A DNA stretch of 64,000 nt from Plasmodiophora brassicae (lineage: Eukaryota): assembly GCA_036867785.1 (NCBI GenBank), contig CP145421.1, positions 806,001-870,000 of the forward strand. Direction: 5' to 3'. Shown piece by piece: positions 11,895-26,402 of the stretch. The notes beneath the pieces are model-generated. The model made no database searches. It worked only from the letters and a program-made list of their open reading frames with translations, and was not told the origin of the DNA. Made by a program: the position numbers and the translations under genes. The first letter of the stretch is position 1. Each line of letters starts with the position of its first letter.

Positions 11895-14134
11895 TCAGGA
11901 CGCGGTCTTGGCGGCCCACGATGCTACCACAGCCAGCATCGGCGTCAGCGGCACACCGAAACCACCTGACGAAATGTGGGACCCTACATTTGGTGGACGA
12001 CACCGCCAGTTCCTTGACGAGGCGCACGTAGAGCCGGTCGGGAAGGTCGTGCCCAGTGCGCTCCAGGACGGCAGCCTTAATGTCGGCCTTCCTGAACAGT
12101 TTCCCGGGTGCCGACACGAACATGTCGATGACGGCATTGCGGAAGCGCTCGTCGGCGGAATCGTCCTTGTCTGGAACGGAGACCCTGCGGAGGAAACGCG
12201 AGCGTCAGATACGCGACCGGTGTCAGGTGATTGATACGCGGCCGACCTGCAGAACGTGCCCTTGACGAACGGCTTTGCGACACGGTTCAGCACCCGCTCG
12301 ATCTCGTCCAGGGTCGTCTTCCGCAGTGACGGATCCGACGACTGGGACAGGACCGACGACAGGGTCGGTGCAGAGCAGACGCCAACGTCGGACAAATGGT
12401 CCAGAGCGGCATTCACGAGGGCCTCCGACGGATCCACGTCCATTGCGGAGGGCGGCTCCACAGCAGGTCGCTCTTGTTTCGATGGGCGCGCCGATTCCAC
12501 GTTCACGCCCGCAGGCGCCGCCGCCCGATGCGGGATAGCGTTCCTGCCGATCATCGTGTCGTCCTCATCGGAAGACGACCCGCTGTAGATGTCCTCAGCG
12601 GGCACTGGCGCGAGCGCAGGCCCTGCGCGTGCCGATTTGCCAAGCAGCTGCGCCTCGTAGTCGACACGGGCCAAGACAGCCGACTGCTGTGCAACAATGC
12701 CCGGGTACTGCCGGCCGAACGCATCGTCGAACGGGCATTTGAACACCCACTCCTTGGAGTCGGGATCGAAATCCGCCAGGGACCCGATCATGGCCCGCGA
12801 TGCGGCCAGGTCAAGCTGCGCCACAGACGTGAACGACGACAGCAGCACCCGATTCGACCGACTGAACAGCTGCAACAGGAAGTCACGAGCCAGTGCCGCC
12901 CTGCCCGTGTAACTCAGCGAACTGGCACGAGACACGAACCGTCAGTACGGCGTCGGGCGAGCGCCAGCGACCGTACGAACCTCTGTGCGACCCAACAGTT
13001 CTGTACGAGGACGGCACGATTCGACAGGACGGCAATGGCGGCCGCCCTGGCCGGTTCGGAACGAACACTGAGCAGGTTGCACAACGTCCTGAACGGAATG
13101 ACGGATGCTGGCCCGAAGTCAGACACGGAGGGGGAGCTCGGGACCGACGGGTCGATTACCATTTCGAAGGATGCGGACGATGTCGGCTTGCAGCGTAGCG
13201 GGGACGTCATCAGAACCTGCCGCTGCTGCTGCCTGTTGCTGGCTAGAGCACACGCCGGCGAGGTACTTATCAACTGGGAGTTCCGCCTCCATCATCACCC
13301 GATCCGGAATGTCCTGAGACGCCAACGCGTGCAGCCTGGACCTCGCTTCGTCACTGTCGTGCTGGTGCACCTGCACAGCCAATGAGCAGCACAGGCGCGG
13401 CATCCCTACAGCAGTAACGAACCTTCAGCGGCACCCATTTCTCGGCTTCCCGCTCCTGCCTAAACATGTGATACGTCTTCTTCGGTTCGCCGCCGTCACC
13501 GCCTGCCCCAGACGACTTGTTCTGCGCCCGCAGCAAGATTGTTTTCGGCGCCGCTTCCGTCGCCGCCTTCGCAGACGACGACTCGGGGTGTTTCTCGGCC
13601 TTGGCGGCTATCGACGCGTCGTCCAACGCGCGGAAGTCGGGCAGCATCGAGTACAGCTGCGCGCAACGAACCAATGATGGGTCAGGATGACCACAACAGC
13701 ATGTTGTGTGTGTGTGTGTGTGTCCGACCTGTGAAACAGGAACAAGGCGCAACTGCCCTTGCGACACGATTCCGATCGCATAGTTTGCCTTGGCGTGGAC
13801 CGGGACGGACGACAGCGTGAACGGCGCACTGCCGTTCTCGTCCGCCATGTCGTCGTCGGCCGCAGCCGGTCTGCGCTCGAACTCCAGCTGCACGCACCCG
13901 TGGACGGGCTTGACGCGCATCTGAGCAACGGAGCCCAGCTCATGGCCTGGGAACGATCAGCTGATGACAATTCGACCATGCGGGAGACGGGAACGCGCCC
14001 CCCATACCGTCATACGGGCGATCGTGCGGACGCAACGGATACGTAAGCACGTTCACGGTTGAGCTCCCGGCGTCTACCCCGGAATAGTACACCGGCATCT
14101 CGCAGACGACGTGGTCATCGTCAGCATACGACAT
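11895..14134 (-). CDS. RPC5: RNA polymerase III subunit RPC5 (Sin-like/POLR3E), multi-exon
   Basis: N-terminus DDDHVVCEMPVY...VLTYPLRP, then NYAIGIVSQGQLRLVPV and VLVQNCWV, all typical of the Sin-like/RPC5 family. Confidence 0.8.
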
Positions 14135-14587
14135 TGGCCTTACAGCACGTACGGCCTGGGTTGCGTCGACCTGCAGCTCCCACTCTGCCGCCACGGACTG
14201 CGCGCAGAGCTCCGGCAATTCCCTCCAGGCGACCGACCACCCCGGATTGTCTCGTGTCTGCAGGTCACTACTTTCTTGGGCCATATCAGCACTGGCTGTG
14301 AATCGTCTTACGACCACCCGTAAGATTCAGTGGGTGTCGCGCGGGACAGGCTTGCATAACTACTGTTCGGTCGCGCAAGCGTCGTCCTGTGCAACGTGAT
14401 GCAGGCGCCCCATTGAGCCGGTTTATATGCCTTAGATGTATGTAAGACATTAGTCTGATAAGCGCGCGTGGACGTAAGCATGGAGTATGTGACCTGCCAA
14501 GTACAGCCGATCGATCGCAGTGATATCGGGGGCCGGCGACGGTGACGAGCGATCCGGGCGTCGTCCTCACTCTATTGGCCACCAGCC

Positions 14588-16235
<1,648 letters not shown>

Positions 16236-16362
16236 TATACAGTCGAAGGTGCTGTAGTCGACAGCTTGGCATTAAAGTCAGTGAGCACGGGCAGTGGTTC
16301 ATGGGAATACGTGTTTAGTAATACTGGTCGTGTTAAGCAGTCGAAGACAGAACGCCATACCA

Positions 16363-17725
16363 TTAGCTGGACGCTGTAGGTTGACTTGAAACGCCGGGTT
16401 CCTTGGTGTGTTTAACAATAAACGGATGATCCAGCACCTTCGAACGATAGTCAGGCCAGACGAAGGGAGGTATTGCCATCCAATCTCACCTGTAACAGCG
16501 GCAGACGTCCTTTGGGATTCTTTACCAGCAGCTGGTGACAACGTTAGAGACGCGTTTCCAATGGAGAATACACAACTTGCTTTGCTGATCAGATCGCGGG
16601 CATCGGGATCCAGCCACGTTGGATAACGGATGTCAACACGGGCGATCTTGCGGTAGGTCTCGTTGTGACCTTCGGTCTCGAACGGTGGCCTCCCGACCAA
16701 AAACTCGTAGGTGAGAACGCCCAAAGACCAAATGTCCACAGTCTCTGCGGTGCCACTCTTCAGTATAGGGATAACGAAAATGCCTCACAACGTGAATACC
16801 GTCGTGGGCTTTCCCCTCAATCATCTCTGGCGGTAAGTAATCAAGAGTTCCACATAGCGTCATTCTTCGCGAGTTTGGCGTGTGAACAGACCTATTGCAT
16901 GAGTGTTATTTGACCGAGAAGTGGATACTCCACGGGCACTGACCATCCGAAGTCGGCGATTTTAAGTTCGCCGTTTCGCCCGAGCAGAAGGTTCTCCGGC
17001 TTGATATCACGATGGATCACGTGCTTCTTATGACAATAGTCCAGCGCGCCTGCAAGCTGGGAGATGTACTGGGCGGTCTGGCGATCCGAGAATCGACCTT
17101 CTTTCTGAAGCTGGGAACGACAACAGACCTGTCAGTCATCGTCTGCCGAACTCCACCATGGCGCTCCTGGACAGACCTGCTTGAATAGCTCGCCCTTGCT
17201 CGCGTATTCTAAGATCAGGTATACACGAGTAGAATCGTAGAAGTAGCCAAACAGACGCAGAATGTTCTCATGTCTGACATATAGATCCCCGGCATAACAT
17301 CAGGAGAGCTGTCATGCACGGAACCCTTGGCCGCTACCTCAAGTGCGACTGGATTTCGATCTCCCTTCTCAGCTGGTACTCAACGTTGGCCTTGGCCAGC
17401 TGAGATTTAAACATGACCTTAAATATTGAGCAGGCGTCAGTAGCCAGACAGTTGCCACGACAAGCCGACGCACCTTGAGGGCGCAAATGAACTTCGATTT
17501 CTTCTCACGCGCCAGATAGACATTCCCAAATTTGCCTTTCCCTAGGCTCCTCCCGATGTCAAAATCCTTCAGCGTCCACCGCTGCGCTGCCCCGCGCCCT
17601 GACACGCAGGGTCGTCAGGTTCGTCATGGCCCAACGCGCAGCATGGTGGGGGGCGGCCTACGCTGCGTAGAACTGTCGACCCCCTCCTGGGCCCTATTGA
17701 TCGGTGGCGGTTGGTTCTCGCTCAT
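16363..17725 (-). CDS. AURK: Aurora kinase, multi-exon
   Basis: Contains [57 protein letters not shown] and [18 protein letters not shown]. Confidence 0.95.
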
Positions 17726-18338
17726 GGTGTGCAGGCCCCAGGCGGACCCCCGATCGACCTCCTCCCTCGGGCGGCCCTAATCGACCGTTGCGACTCTCTC
17801 GATGGGATCCGGGGTTCCCCGCCTCAGTCGCCCCAGTCCGAGGCGTAACAGCGCGCGCCAATTTTTTGAACAGCAAACGGATGGGACGGGAACGCGTCGA
17901 TTCGGAAGGTTCCTCGACGCCCACGAGCCAGCACCGGTTCGTTGACGCCGACGAACACTCGAGGGCGACTCTGGCAGACGACAAACAGTCGCTCCCTTCC
18001 GATAAAATGATGACACGCCGTCACCAGTTCCATGTTGCATCCTGTTCCCAGCACGGTATGTACATAGGCTGTAGGCGCCAGGTCACCGGTCCGGTCAGGC
18101 CGTCAACCAGACACCACCATACCGAAGGTTCCTGTCGCCTGGCTCGAACGTGTAAGACGCACTTGCCCAGTTGCCCCGTGTGCTCATCAAGGACGACCCG
18201 AGACGCGGGAAACTGGGCGCGGCTGGATAACGTTACGCCTGGCAACGAAGCGCCGCGCGGGGACGTGGGTAACCGTTACGGCGCAAGAGGCAGGCGACGT
18301 GAATGGAGCGACGATGACTCTATTTTGACCGCGTTGGA

Positions 18339-19430
18339 ATGCTGGCGACGTTGCCGCGCTGGGTCACGTGGTTCGCAGTCATTGCCGTTGCTGTCAGTGG
18401 CGTGCCGGTCGATGAAGACGGGCACCCACCACGAAGCGCAACAAGGAATGACGACGGTCAAGAAACAGTGGCACTTCTGTCGAATGCCGTCTGGGTCCAA
18501 GACGCGGTCGGCTACGCTACACTCATGGTGAGGTTGCTGGAATGCGTCGGAATTCCTGTTCTTATGAGTCGCTTCAAGTAGAAGACGTGCCTGACGGAAC
18601 TGTTACCTCTCTGGGTCCGATGGAACGTCTTCGGGACGCCGATATCGAACGCGCGACGTCACCTTCCTACGGTGGCGACTTCCCCCGAATCGCCTCCCCA
18701 TCTGTAAGCACCATCAAGCGCTGACCGATTGACGGGCTGATCGCATGGTGAACATGGCAGGGTGATTCTCATTCATGGGCTCCTGTCTCATCCGTCTCAT
18801 CTCGAGCATTTCGCCGAGTCGATCGTCGATCTCCCGAATCGCATCCTGTGGTTCCCATTCGTCCATCGCAGAGGAATCGCGTCGCTCAACGAAGCCCTAA
18901 TGGAGTCGATCTGGCCGGCACTGCAGAAACAGTGGTCAGTATGGTCCAATGCTTCCATCACGATTGTTGGACACAGCAACGGTGGGCGCCTCGCCGCCGC
19001 CCTGGACGTTCTCCTCCGGCTGCATGGCCACAAGGGCTCCCGGCACCTCCACTTGATCTGCCCTGTGCTGGGCGGCACCCAGTTCGCCCACCTTCTAATG
19101 ACCCTGACGAGACCGGTGCATGAGTACGCGCCCAAGTTCCTCACCGACCTCGGTCGAGAGATGTCACCCGGCAGCGATACCGCCCGAGTGCTCGGCAGCG
19201 CGTTCTGCTCCGTACCCGGCCACCGCCCAACTCGGGCCTTCGTCTACCGGACGCGACTCGACCTGATGGTCTACCCGATGTCGCTCATCGACGACCTGTG
19301 CCAGGTCGCCGACAGCTCGGTCGTTGAGATCGCCCTAGATGACGATTTCGAGGCGCACGGCCACCTGTCCATGCATATCAACGACCGAGTAGTCAGGGCC
19401 GTTACGGCCAGTGTACAAAGGGATGACTAA
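18339..19430 (+). CDS. Secreted alpha/beta-hydrolase (lipase/esterase-like)
   Basis: Signal-peptide-like start (WFAVIAVAVSG), oxyanion segment ILIHGL, nucleophile elbow GHSNGG, then DLMV and a late His (HGHL). Confidence 0.75.
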
Positions 19431-19611
19431 ACGTCTCGTGCCTATGAACTTTAAGTGTCCCCTTCAGAGAATGCGCAATCGTACCCGCTACAGTCCGGTG
19501 GACGTGCGCCTTCGACAACGAGGAAGAACTCACCCGGATAGGGGGACTGACTGGAGTCGCTCGTTGACGAAGGTTCGCGAGTGGCCATTTTGGTGTTGTC
19601 GTGGTTGTCGC

Positions 19612-20564
19612 ATGACGACGGGGGCTCGAGGAGCGCTGGGCGTCAGGCGGGCGGTGTCGTCGCGCGTAGACCCTTGGGCAGCAACGTCGTCCATCTACGC
19701 GCAGTACCGGCCGACTTACCCGGCGGCGCTCGTCGAGTACGTCCTGGAGCATGCTGGCAGGCGGCGGCGTCTGGCGGTCGATATCGGCTGTGGGAGCGGG
19801 CAGCTGCTGGGGCATATTGCACCACATTATGAACGTGTCGTTGGGAATGACTTGAGCGGCGCACAGCTCAGCGAAGCCAGGAAGAAATTCCCCGGTGTGA
19901 CGTTCATTGGTTGGTGACGTCGAATCACTGGGCCGCATTCGTCCACCTATAACGGCAACCACTTCCATTGTTTCAGAGGGTGACGCGTCTGCTGCCCTGT
20001 CTAAAATGGAACCGAACAGTGTTGACCTCGTTACAATGGCGCAAGCGTTGCACTGGATTGTTGGTTGGCCATCTCGCATTGTGCAGCGCGTTCTTACGAT
20101 GTGTGTGCGTTGTCGTGTAGACGAACGATTCCAGTGCGACCTGCAACCTGTTCCGGGAAATTCGACGCGTGCTGATGGATGATGGCCTATTCGCTGTCAT
20201 CGGATACGCCGTCTGTCGGCCTCAGCATAACGGCTTACGACGGGTGTTCGCACAGTTCTATGAGGAAACCTTCCACCTGTGGGATGCACGCGCCGACCGT
20301 CGCATCCTGGACCGCGGCATGCAACCGCTCAACCTGTACGGCGAGTTGGCAGCGATCGAACATCGATGGTTTTATGACCGACGATCGATGCCGTTGGACA
20401 CGTTTCTGAAATACGTCGCGACATGGTCGATGCTGGCGAAGCGTCCTGAACTCCTTGCCGAGTTTGAAGGCCGTGTCGATTCGATGCGGCCGGCGCTGTC
20501 CCGAGACGATCTCATCAAGATCGAGTTTCCGTTCTTCTGTCTACTTCTGTCGAAACCGACCTGA
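19612..20564 (+). CDS. Class I SAM-dependent methyltransferase (Methyltransf_11 type), multi-exon
   Basis: Contains YAQYRPTYP, LAVDIGCGSGQ, VVGNDLSGAQL, SVDLVTMAQALHW and YVATWS. Confidence 0.85.
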
Positions 20565-20825
20565 TCCAAAGAATGTACATCAGGTGTTTGAGGTACGGTA
20601 CATTGCACCTGGCAGAAGCCTTGCAGTTGTCGATGTCCTGGGCTAGCACGGGTCTACCAGCTACGTACCAACCAGCATGGTGTGCTGGCGCGTAAAACTC
20701 GTCTCACCCGCAGCGGCGGATCGCACGTCAGGGCATCTCGAGGTGCCCGAACGCACGTCATTATGCACTTGATTCGTTTATTCTGTCAATGGCGGGAAAT
20801 CGAGGGTTCTGATTCCCAACGTCAT

Positions 20826-22392
20826 CTAGATGCGCTGGTATGGAGCAGGGCCGGCGGCGGCCAGGTACGCTTGCCTGCGTCGCTTGCGAGCGGCCATAAG
20901 CGCCGATACCGCCCAGATCACAAGACCAGTCGTGACGCCGCCCAGGATCGCTCCAGCAGCAAACAACGTCACACGGGGCGCCTGGGCTGCCTCTTTCTCG
21001 ATCTTCTTGCCGAGATCATCGTCGCCGTGAACGCTCGTGGGGTGCACGTCGTCCTCGATGCTACGAAGCGCTTGTTGGCACGTGAATCCCAGCTTATCGC
21101 GATGGTGTTGCAGGCAGGTGAACGGATACGTGTCTTTGGGCGTGCAGAATTGCTCCAGTTCGTGCTTGCACTTGTTGACGATGTTTACCGATTGGCGACA
21201 GCGTGTCGACAGTCGGTTCACATGCTCCCTCAGACACTTGTCGATGTCGTCGGCGCTCTCGCAGAACCGGTGCCTGTCGCCCCGGCAGACGTCCTCGCCA
21301 CGCTCAGGCTGATTCATGCACTGCGCCGACAGGTCCTTGCGGTGCTTCCACAGGCATGCCACGAACCCACGATGGGTCGAAGTTTTCTGGACATTGGACG
21401 CGTCAGACGCCCTCATCATCAAACGACAGGCGTTATGTGTACCGGGCACAGCTTGATAACGTCGTCAGCGCAACGGAACAGAGGGCACTTGCTCATGATG
21501 GCCTTGCACTTGTCGGACAGTTCCGATTCGTTGTGCATCAGGCAAGACATCTTCTGGACATACCCCTGGCTGTCCTTGCACAAACGTTCGCGATCCTCCT
21601 TGCACGCTGAATGATCGTGCGTCAACGGGACCAAGTCGTCGCGCGCATGTCCCTAAGTACCAACGGTCGTTCATCAGAGAGCAGATGCGATAAACAACAA
21701 CGCTCGGACCAATTTGCATTGTGATGACGACAGCTCCGGCTTGTGTTCGTAGATGCACTTCATGAAGTCGTGTTCGTTGTCGACATGGGGGCAGAACTTA
21801 GCAGCGTCGTCGGCGCAAGGGAACGCCGGACACTTCTTGACAACGTCGCCGCAACGACCGCCCAGCTCGTCGCGCTTCTCGTACAGACAGGACATGATGC
21901 CCGCCAGGGTAGTCGCGTCCCGACACCGACTCACCCGGTCCCCATGGCACACATGACGATCATCATCGAAGTTCGTGGGCTTGTAAGCCGTGCCCGTGCA
22001 CTCAGCCGACAGGCTCCCAGACTAGTGGCAGAATCGTATGTTGGATGCAGTGTGATGTTTGGCAATGGCGTTACCTGTCGGTTACGCCACATGCAGGACA
22101 GGATCTGGTCGTGCTTGCGTACGTGCGGGCAGAGTCGCATGGCATCCCTGCTGCACTTGTACGCCGGGCACTTCTTCAAGGACGCGCTGCACGCTGGCTC
22201 CAGCTCCGTTTCATGGTCACGCATGCAGCCGAGGACCGGGACCAGATGCCGGACATGACCGCAGAACCGTTGGCGGTCACGACGGCACGCGGCATGCCGC
22301 CTCAGGAAATCGCCCTCCTTGCGACTTCCGCCCATACCACCTACCAGCACCCATAACGCGCCGGCCAGCACCAACACCGAAACCGCTCTCAT
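20826..22392 (-). CDS. Type I membrane protein with about 8 GLG1-like cysteine-rich repeats
   Basis: Signal peptide, repeats of CxxDxxxFC...CL....xxLSxxC, a TM segment (VTLFAAGAILGGVTTGLVIWAV) and a basic tail ending YQRI. Confidence 0.75.
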
Positions 22393-23019
22393 CTTTCGAC
22401 GACGCCACCCGATTTACGTGAATGAACTCGCCGCGTCACTTCCGACCCGACGAAGAGGCTCCTGTTTTTCGGCAGCTCCTGGATCGGGTGCGCGACTGAC
22501 GGCACATCATATCCCGACCGCACTGCGCGTGGTCCCCGTTATACCCCCAGATAGGCCCCGTATTTGTGTTTCGTTGGACTACCTATAGCGGTCACATGCA
22601 GTCATGCTCGAAACCGCTGGCGCTGGTTGCTAAGAATAGGGGCCTATGACATACCCATCGCAAAGTGTGGAGTTGGACCACGAGACACGGATACAGCCAG
22701 GACTGTGGCCACGGCGCCGGCGTCGAACGGTGCAAGCGCTCGTTGGTCGGTCCCGCCTGCTGTTACGAAGCGCTGAAACGCGACCGAACGGATGCAACAT
22801 CCCCAACGATCCGCCGCACGTCGAAACGTCGACAGAGGACGGCTTCGTCTCGGGTGATTTCAGGATATGCGAGTGTCTGATTTGTCGGTAGACTGATAGT
22901 AAGCGCTCGATTTGGCAAGTTGCGAGATCGACCTGCTGCGTCTCGTGATGCTACATAGGCCCATGCTGTCGCCTACTGTATTCTTAACGTGGATCGGCAG
23001 GGATGATGAGGACGGGCGT

Positions 23020-24534
23020 TCAAAGGTATTTCGACGGGTGGTACTGTCTGGCGGATGACACGCGCCCCACGACGAACGAGACGGCCGCGAACACCACCAT
23101 CATGACCCATACGATGGCTGTCATTCCATCACTGGTCCGTACGTTCTCCGTCACCACCCTCTGCGGCACCGCTTGGACCGCCTCTTGGACGGCCATCAAG
23201 TCCCCCGCCACCTACCCGCGCGTTGACAATGGTCAGTTCATGTGCCGACGGCACCCTCATCGCAGTGCCACAAACCCGTTGGATCCTGGCGTCGAGGTCG
23301 ACATTCTGTCGACGGATCGCGTCGGCGACATCGGCGAGCTCCTGCAGGTGGGTCGCCAGGGCGGCGACCTGGTCTGCAACGGCGCTCGGGTCGCCGACTT
23401 GGTCGATGACGGCGTTGACGGCATCGGTGACGTGAACGCGCAGGTTCTCCTCCACCTCCCGCAGCGCTTCGGCCGTCGACGACGACTCCAGCGCGTTCGC
23501 CGCCAGCAACTTATCGAGCTTCTCGTGCACCATCGTGTGCCCCTCGAAGTGATGCACAGCATGGCCCGGCCGACCCGTGACCGCGGCCGGCGCCTTCACG
23601 TCGCCTGTCGGTTTAGGAACAGCCACTTCGGGGACCTTGTTCTGTGGGGCGGCGCTGACGGGCGCTGGCGGCTTGGATCCGTACGAGTACCCGACCTGCT
23701 GCCGACGTTGTTCCTCGTCGATGGCCATCTGTCGCACGTGGCCAGGGATGGGGTCGGTGGTACCCGTGACTCTGATGCCGACGACTTCGTGCATCTCCTG
23801 GTTCGCGGCACTGCCGAGCGTCTCGGCCGACACGCCCAAGTGCACCGGGCCCATCTGCAGGTTGACGTTCGCCTCCAGACACTTCCGGTACTTGCCCTGC
23901 CCGGACAGGTCCAAGTACACGCCGAGCACCGTCCTGTCGCCGCCACATCAGCACTAGAGCTAACAACGGGAGGAGGGCTCGGCGTTGCCTACCCGTTGAA
24001 GGACACGCGAGAGGAGACGACGTCGGCGCGGTTGCGGAAGTCGGCAATGCAACCGGCGAGCTGGGTACCGAGGCCGTCGTCGGCGTGGTTGTACTGGCGG
24101 GTGCCGTCGAAGACGTGGGCGGAGACGGACGGGTTGTTGCGAAGGTTGTCGTTGTCGTGCGAGTCGAACACGATCGCCAGGCCTTTGAACTTGTCTCTGG
24201 ACCCGAACACGGGCCCGATCTCGTTCTTCGTCTCCGTCAGCCACAGCGCCAGGCCTTCCCCGCCGCCGTTATCCTCGCCGAGCGCCCGGAAGTCGAGCTG
24301 GACCTCCCAGGTGCCCTGGCTGAACGCCAGCGGCGTCTGGTCCCAGATGGCGCCGCGCTGGGCGACCCCGACAGGGCCCGGGTGGTGCGTCAGCACGACG
24401 CCGTCCGTCGTGATCTTCGCCGACCCGAACGCCTCCCAGTTCGTCTGGCGCGTGTACGGCGCGCTCAGGTCGTGGACGACCTGGGCGCCCGCCACCGACA
24501 ACACGACGACAAACACCAGCGTAGCCTTCCACAT
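23020..24534 (-). CDS. L-type (legume-like) lectin cargo receptor, ERGIC-53/VIP36/Emp47-like
   Basis: Signal peptide MWKATLVFVVVLSVAGA, lectin motifs GGEGLALWLT, GPVFG..DKFKGLAIVFDSHDN and LGVSAET, a coiled stalk and a C-terminal TM. Confidence 0.85.
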
Positions 24535-24556
24535 ACTGTCTGCTGTGACGCCTCCG

Positions 24557-24557
<1 letters not shown>

Positions 24558-24587
<30 letters not shown>
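24558..24587. repeat. (CTG)10 microsatellite just upstream of the lectin start codon
   Basis: Read directly from the sequence. Confidence 0.9.
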
Positions 24588-24589
<2 letters not shown>

Positions 24590-24726
24590 GCTGACACGTC
24601 CAGTTCCTTCGTTTCACGAGGGCTGCGTTCACCTGTACGTTGCCTGTGAAGCGCCTCCGTCCAGAAATTCTATGCACGACTCTGCGGGCGGCGGCCAGTC
24701 TTCGAACCACAAAGGATTCCAATGGT

Positions 24727-26185
24727 TTAGGTAGCCGGTTTAGGATCGACAATGGTGATAATGCCGCCGATGTCGTTGGCCTTGGCGCTCCTGTAGTACA
24801 GGCGGGCGGGCGTGGTCTTGTCGGGCGTCCACGAGAAGAAGTCGAACGTGCCCTGGTCGCACGACAGCGACAGCGTCTTCTGGAACGCGGCGAACGCGGA
24901 CGGCACGTCGCTGCGCTGGAGCGACGACGTCCACAAGCACAGCCGGCCCTGGGCCGGCCCGATCATGGCAGTCTTGAGGTCCGCCGTGATGATCAGCGGG
25001 TGGAAGTACATCGTATCCTTCGGGTCCGACCCTGCAACGTACGTCAGTCGGACGTGGCAGAGGCACCGAATCGTGTCCTGCTGGACGGAATACCTGTCAT
25101 GACCTGGAACGTGTAATTCAACCCTCGGGTCAGGACGAGCTCGGGGGCGGGGCGCTCGTTGACGTAGTAGAGGACGTCGGGCGCCTGGGCGCCGGACGGC
25201 CCGATGCTGAACACCAGCAGGCGATCGGACACGGGAGCAACCTCGAACGCGCGACGAGGTCGCACGGTCACCGATACGACGTCGTGACTGCTGTCGTTGC
25301 TGTTAACGAGCGCGCTAGGCACCAAGGCGGCGGGCGCTGGCGAGCCAGCATGTCGCGTGTGCGACGACGGGTCGGATTCGCTTCGTTCCGCAAGACGAGC
25401 GGCGAGGTCGTGGGCGGGCACCAGCGGTTTGCAATTGTGGGCGGGGGCCTTGCGCCCGAACTCGATCCGGGTCACCTTGCGAGGAACGGCGCGGTGCCCG
25501 AGCGGCATGCCCCGCCCGTCCATCTTGCCGATCGCCCAGATCACGCTCTGCTTCTTACCGGGTGCCACGACGAACGCCTTGTCTGTCCGCGTCTCCCCCG
25601 AATCAATCGGCCTGTGCAACGAGCGTCACCTGGTCAATGGCCAGACAGTGAGGCGCGCGCGCCGCCGCCGCCGCCACCCTACCTGGCGTAATGGACGACG
25701 GACACGCTCACGTCATCGCCGTCGGCGCCGTTGTATCTGGCGCCGAACACCTTCCCGATGCTGCCGGCGCTGGCGTTGAAGACCGAGTCGGGGCAGACGC
25801 CCGATCGGCGACGCTCGGAGCACGGGCTGACGTCTTGGAGGAAGAAGTCGCGGGCGCGGGCGGTCCCGTTGCTGAAGTCGGCGATGGTGACGTCGCCGCC
25901 CGTCATCCGGGCGCGCTCCGGGTCGCCGGAGATGCCGAACCCGGCGAACTCGGCGCCGGCCTCGACGCGCGCCTCGATGGCGAACCAGATGTTGGGCGCG
26001 TCCGTGTCGACGGTCCACCAGATATTGAACCCGTCGGTGAGGCGCTCGCAGTTGTCGTACATGTCGGCAGGGGACAGCACCGACCAGTCCGCGTCATCGC
26101 TGGTCGTATTAGACGCCAGCGATACGGCCAGCAGGAGTAGCGCCCACGCGCCGACCATTGCTGGGCGAACGCGCGTGCCGACCAT
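24727..26185 (-). CDS. Secreted DOMON-domain protein, Skeletor/At5g54830-like, 3 exons
   Basis: Signal peptide, DOMON motifs (FNIWWTV, FAGFGISG...RMTGGDVTI, VIWAIG), then YYVNERPAPELVLTRG..YTF, HPLIIT, GRLCLW and WTPDKTTP..LYY. Confidence 0.75.
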
Positions 26186-26402
26186 GGGACGGGTCTATAT
26201 AACAATGTGTGGCCCCGATCGTGGAGTCAACGGAGGACGTCACGGGCGGGTGACTCAAACAAGGGCAGGAACGGCGCGACTAACAGATTGGGTCCCGGGG
26301 TGCAGAACAGCGATATGGGCTATGGTTTCTGTATTGAGGGAAACGGCCGTTATACACTGAGGAGACATGGCGGATGACCCGTCGCAGACACGCGCGTTCG
26401 CA

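Noticed and set aside
17704..18531. 275-aa plus-strand ORF upstream of the hydrolase
   Set aside because: Arg/Ser-rich composition typical of a non-coding GC-rich frame, and it overlaps two better-supported genes.
22400..23000. Short ORFs between the GLG1-like and lectin genes
   Set aside because: No domain, signal peptide or coherent splicing. Treated as intergenic or UTR.
23003..24649. 548-aa plus-strand ORF
   Set aside because: Antisense to the L-type lectin gene, and has no recognisable domain.
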